Positions 34,123-37,891 of a stretch of DNA of 37,891 bases are shown here, one piece after another. Within the stretch, counting starts at the first letter, position 1, and every line of letters starts with the position of its first letter. Location of the stretch: sequence record SRR22947727_319, one strand, 5' to 3'. The position numbers and the translations under genes were made by a program. The notes beneath the pieces are model-generated. The model worked only from the letters and a program-made list of their open reading frames with translations. It did not search any database and had not been told where the DNA came from.

Positions 34123-36507
34123 ATGAATACACCCGTTTTATTTTCAACACCCCAAACAAAAGCAGGGGTTCGCAAGCCCGGTATGATGGTTTTGCCACAA
34201 GGGGTTGAAAGGCATCCCGTGCCCGGAGGGGGCAGCCGTGCCGTACCAATTTTTGCGGGTGATCAGATTACGCTGCAAGATGTGGAAGGTTTGCAACCCA
34301 TTGAAATGGTATTTTTTGGGCCCGACAAACGATCAGATGCCGCGATGTTGGGGGCCAAAGGCGGGCGCAGCCCAGAGGGGTTGATTGCCGCGCTTACCGG
34401 GCACCCATCTGGTAAAAAAGTAATCGCTGCGCTTGAGAAAACAGGGTTTTCAATCGCCGATGCCGATGCCAGTCTCGTGTTTGAAGGCGGCTCGCGTGCG
34501 GGAGAGACGGCAAGTTTTCAGGCCGTATCGGATGGATTATTGATCATATGCGCCGCGGGTGGCGCGATGGATGCGCATCAGCAATGGGCCCCAAGCGATG
34601 TGGTGTTGTTTATCACGCGGATTAATAAGCGGCCCTTGAAAGACATGTCATTGGTGCATGACCCACTGGCCGACCCTTTGGTGAGTTTGCATATTCAACC
34701 AGGCGAGGCAAAACCTTATGAGGTGAAGGCGGGGGAATATATTCAAGTTTTAGACGTGCAGGGCAGAGAATGCAGCGATTTTCAGGCCTTTTCGCGCCGC
34801 GCTTTGGACGCTGGATTGGAGCGCGATATCGATCCCACAACCACGCGGTCTTTGATGGGGGCGCTTTACCCCAAGCCAGGGCTCTTGGCAAAATACTTTA
34901 GCGTTGATCAGGAACCTTTGGTCGAGATTATCCAAGACACGGTGGGCCGCCATGATACATTTGGATTGGCCTGTACCGCGCGGTATTACGAAGATCTTGG
35001 CTATCCGGGCCATGTCAACTGTTCGGATAATATCAACCTTGAAATGCAGGCCTATGATGTGCGTCCGCGGGGCGGCTGGCCAGCGATAAACTTCTTTTTC
35101 AATACGATTTTAGACGAGACCAATGCGATTTCGATGGATGAGCCTTATTCGCGGCCCGGAGATTATGTTTTGATGCGGGCGCTCACGGATTTAGTTTGTG
35201 TTTCAACGGGTTGTCCTTGTGATGTTGATCCAGCAAATGGCTGGCAGCCAAGCGATATTCAAGTCTGGACCTATCGCGAAAGTGAAGATTTCAAGCGCTC
35301 GATTGGCTGGCGCAAAACTCCGGGGGCTGATGTGGAAGAAACGAAAAAAACTGGGTTTCACGATTGTTTTGCCCGCCATACGCGCAATTTTGTGGAATAT
35401 GCCGGATATTGGCTGGCGCAGGACATGATGCATCATGGCAGCATAGCTGAATATTGGGCCGCGCGCGAAAAAGCGGTTATTATGGATCTATCGCCGCTTC
35501 GAAAATATGAAGTGACGGGCCCTGATGCCGAAGCGCTGATGCAGCTATCTATCACGCGGGATGTGAAAAAAATTCCGGTCGGCGGCATCGTCTATACCGC
35601 GATGTGCTATGAACATGGTGGTATGATTGACGATGGCACGTTGTTTCGCTTGGGGGATACCAATTTTCGGTGGATCGGCGGCAATGACCAATCCGGGCTT
35701 TGGCTGCGCAAACAAGCCGAGGAGCGTGGCCTAAACGCATGGGTGCGTTCTTCCACGGACCATCATTGCAATGTGGCGGTGCAAGGGCCGTTGTCGCGCG
35801 AAATTCTGAAAGATGTGATTTGGACGCCCCCCGCGCAGCCCACTGTTGAAGAGCTGCAATGGTTTCGCTTTTCGATTGGCCGGATTGGCGGCTTTCATGG
35901 CCCCTCCGTGGTGCTCAGTCGGACCGGATATTCTGGAGAGCTGGGCTATGAGGTTTTTTGCCATCCGAAAGACGCAGAACAGGTTTTTGACGCGATTTGG
36001 GCCGCAGGTGCGCCGCATGGGCTTACGCCTTTTGGGCTTGCTGCGCTTGATATGGTGCGGATTGAGGCTGGGTTGATCTTTGCTGGCTCTGAATTTGATG
36101 ATCAAACCGATCCAATGGAGGCAGGCATTGGTTTTACGGTGCCTTTGAAAAGTAAAACTGATGAATTTATCGGCCGCGCAGCGCTCGAGCGGCGCAAAGC
36201 CCATCCGCAAAAGAAACTTGTCGGGCTTGAATTGGAGGGCGGTGTTGTGCCAACGCCGGGCGATTGTATCCATATCGGGAAGCCACAAGTGGGCGTTGTG
36301 ACCTCGGCGATGCGCTCGCCTGTTTTGGGCAAAGTGATTGCTTTGGCACGGGTAGATTTGGCCCATGCCGAGATTGGCACTGAGTTGGAAGTTGGGCGGC
36401 TGGATGGGGACCAACTGCGCTTACCAGCTAAAATTGTTGCATTCCCGCATTTCGATCCGAAGAAAGAGCGGGTGAAGGGCAATTATGAGGGCGTGCGAGG
36501 CGGGTGA
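34123..36507 (+). CDS. tdm: Trimethylamine N-oxide demethylase (DUF1989 plus GcvT aminomethyltransferase domains)
   Basis: DUF1989 motifs GRECSDF, GRHDTFGLAC, HVNCSDN and CPCDVD, followed by a GcvT fold (DLSPLRK, RTGYSGELGYE, RIEAG). Confidence 0.9.
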   Translation: MNTPVLFSTPQTKAGVRKPGMMVLPQGVERHPVPGGGSRAVPIFAGDQITLQDVEGLQPIEMVFFGPDKRSDAAMLGAKGGRSPEGLIAALTGHPSGKKVIAALEKTGFSIADADASLVFEGGSRAGETASFQAVSDGLLIICAAGGAMDAHQQWAPSDVVLFITRINKRPLKDMSLVHDPLADPLVSLHIQPGEAKPYEVKAGEYIQVLDVQGRECSDFQAFSRRALDAGLERDIDPTTTRSLMGALYPKPGLLAKYFSVDQEPLVEIIQDTVGRHDTFGLACTARYYEDLGYPGHVNCSDNINLEMQAYDVRPRGGWPAINFFFNTILDETNAISMDEPYSRPGDYVLMRALTDLVCVSTGCPCDVDPANGWQPSDIQVWTYRESEDFKRSIGWRKTPGADVEETKKTGFHDCFARHTRNFVEYAGYWLAQDMMHHGSIAEYWAAREKAVIMDLSPLRKYEVTGPDAEALMQLSITRDVKKIPVGGIVYTAMCYEHGGMIDDGTLFRLGDTNFRWIGGNDQSGLWLRKQAEERGLNAWVRSSTDHHCNVAVQGPLSREILKDVIWTPPAQPTVEELQWFRFSIGRIGGFHGPSVVLSRTGYSGELGYEVFCHPKDAEQVFDAIWAAGAPHGLTPFGLAALDMVRIEAGLIFAGSEFDDQTDPMEAGIGFTVPLKSKTDEFIGRAALERRKAHPQKKLVGLELEGGVVPTPGDCIHIGKPQVGVVTSAMRSPVLGKVIALARVDLAHAEIGTELEVGRLDGDQLRLPAKIVAFPHFDPKKERVKGNYEGVRGG

Positions 36508-36748
36508 TCAACGCCAAAGCGCCTTCGGGCGGCCTATCCTGCCGCAAGCGCGCTGCGGCCTGTGAGATGCGCGCTGGTATGTGGATGGTACAGTTCTTTA
36601 GCCATACGTGAGCAGGAATGAATGGCTCTGATCTGCCATTTGAGCCGTCGATATGAGTTGCACGCAAGACCGCCAAAGCCTGCGCAGCATTTCTTGGTTG
36701 TGTTTTTTAAATCTATGATAGTGGCGCTGCGCGCTGGCGGCTTTGTAT

Positions 36749-37291
36749 TTAGGTTTCCCCAGTAAAACGCACCTTTCCAATATAGGCAAGGTTGCGGTTC
36801 CGCTGAGCATAGTCAATGCCGTAGCCGACCACAAATTCATCTTGAATGCTGAACCCGATCCAATCGGCTTGAATATCTACTTCGCGCCGCGACGGTTTGT
36901 CGAGCAATGCGATGGTTTTCATCCGCGCAGGGTTTCGCGAAGCCAGCAGGCCGGTCACATGATGCAGCGTAAAACCGGTATCCACGATATCTTCCACAAC
37001 CAAAACGTCTCGATCCTCAATTGCCCCGCGTAAATCTTTTAGGATCCGAACTTCGCGCGAGCTTTCCATTCCGTCGCCATAAGAAGAGGCTTCCAAGAAA
37101 TCCACCTCCACGGGCAAATCAAGCTCGCGGACCAGATCTGCGATAAACACGAAAGAACCGCGCAGCAAACCAACCACCACCAGTTTATTGGTGCCCGAAA
37201 ATTCATCACGGATTTCCCGGCTTAAACTCTCAATTCGGGCCGCGATTGACTTTGCCGAGATCATTTCATCGATGACATATGGACGCTGCAC
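36749..37291 (-). CDS. hpt: Hypoxanthine phosphoribosyltransferase
   Basis: [21 protein letters not shown] motif [16 protein letters not shown] and FVVGYGIDY. Confidence 0.95.
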   Translation of the reverse strand: MQRPYVIDEMISAKSIAARIESLSREIRDEFSGTNKLVVVGLLRGSFVFIADLVRELDLPVEVDFLEASSYGDGMESSREVRILKDLRGAIEDRDVLVVEDIVDTGFTLHHVTGLLASRNPARMKTIALLDKPSRREVDIQADWIGFSIQDEFVVGYGIDYAQRNRNLAYIGKVRFTGET

Positions 37292-37363
37292 GGCAAAACC
37301 CTCTTGATTTTCGTGTCCTACATTACTTAAAGAATGCCGACTGTCACGTCAAAAAGAAGCGAA

Positions 37364-37810
37364 ATGCCAACCCATCAAGAAACAAAAATTTTACCCTATA
37401 GCGCCGAGCAGATGTATTCACTGGTCGCGGATGTTGCTGCTTATCCAGAGTTTTTGCCTTGGTGTTCGGCGGCGCGTCTGCGCTCGAATGTGATCGAAGG
37501 TTCCAGCGAAATTCTGGAAGCTGATTTAGTAATTAGTTTTAAAGTGTTTCGCGAACGCTTTGGCTCGCGCGTCACTTTATGGCCGGCCGATCTTAAAATA
37601 GATACGGAATATCTTGATGGCCCTTTTAAATACATGGTGTCAAATTGGGCATTTCGCAACGTGGAGGGCGGCTGCGAAGTGACTTTCTTTGTTGATTTTG
37701 AATTCAAAAATGCGATCTTGCAGGGCATTATTGGCGTTGTGTTCAACGAAGCGATGCAGCGCGTTGTGCGGGCGTTTGAGCGGCGCGCCGCTGATTTGTT
37801 CAAGACATGA
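37364..37810 (+). CDS. ratA: Coq10/RatA (PasT) START-domain protein
   Basis: MPTH...LPYSAEQMYSLVADVAAYPEFLPWC, GPF, VDFEF and AFERRA. ATG 37364 is preferred over 37334 because of the family N-terminus. Confidence 0.85.
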   Translation: MPTHQETKILPYSAEQMYSLVADVAAYPEFLPWCSAARLRSNVIEGSSEILEADLVISFKVFRERFGSRVTLWPADLKIDTEYLDGPFKYMVSNWAFRNVEGGCEVTFFVDFEFKNAILQGIIGVVFNEAMQRVVRAFERRAADLFKT

Positions 37811-37840
37811 AAAAAGGCGCTCTTCCTAAAAAGCGCCTTT
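37810..37840. terminator. Probably bidirectional intrinsic terminator
   Basis: 9-bp stem AAAGGCGCT (37813-37821) / AGCGCCTTT (37832-37840); an A-run on the left and TTT on the right. Confidence 0.7.
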
Positions 37841-37861
37841 AAACTTGTTATCGCTATAATA

Positions 37862-37891
37862 AGCTGTTTAGCTGTTTAGCTGTTTAGCTGT
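37862..37891. repeat. Perfect 8-bp tandem repeat (AGCTGTTT)n, 3.75 copies, running off the window edge
   Basis: AGCTGTTT AGCTGTTT AGCTGTTT AGCTGT read directly from the sequence. Confidence 0.9.

Noticed and set aside
37364-37810. Toxin-antitoxin module implied by the RatA label
   Set aside because: No RatB/RnfH partner follows before the terminator. The family is better explained as a Coq10-like quinone-binding housekeeping protein.
1-37891. CRISPR arrays, tRNA/rRNA, IS elements, integrases or prophage genes
   Set aside because: No repeat-spacer periodicity, cloverleaf or transposase/integrase motifs were seen; nearly all sequence is accounted for by metabolic genes.

Overview
A gene-dense alphaproteobacterial window, most likely from a Rhodobacteraceae/Roseobacter-group organism (inferred from protein sequence style and gene order). 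It is almost entirely devoted to quaternary- and methylated-amine catabolism. From left to right it contains: (i) the tail of a carnitine/gamma-butyrobetaine CoA operon (thioesterase domain, acyl-CoA dehydrogenase, NDP-forming CoA ligase, CaiD); (ii) the canonical N-methylglutamate pathway (gmaS, mgsABC, soxBDAG-type mgdABCD) with an atypical Amt transporter, a 62-aa membrane protein, tmm and a GlxA/AraC regulator; (iii) a second, divergent, probably GntR-controlled operon that repeats the gmaS-mgsABC architecture with clearly different enzymes and adds an FAD oxidoreductase, a nitrilase-family amidase, two unknown proteins and DUF1330; (iv) a LysR gene and a visibly lower-GC tmoXWV TMAO transporter, followed by tdm; (v) housekeeping hpt and a Coq10/RatA gene, ending in an 8-bp tandem repeat. 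The window encodes TMA->TMAO->DMA and MMA->NMG->C1 but no recognisable DMA monooxygenase. The paralogous gamma-glutamylation operon (20335-28649) is therefore the leading candidate for an undescribed pathway, possibly an O2-independent route for dimethylamine or another alkylamine. No rRNA, tRNA, CRISPR array or transposase was recognised. All family assignments come from motif reading and recall, not database searches.
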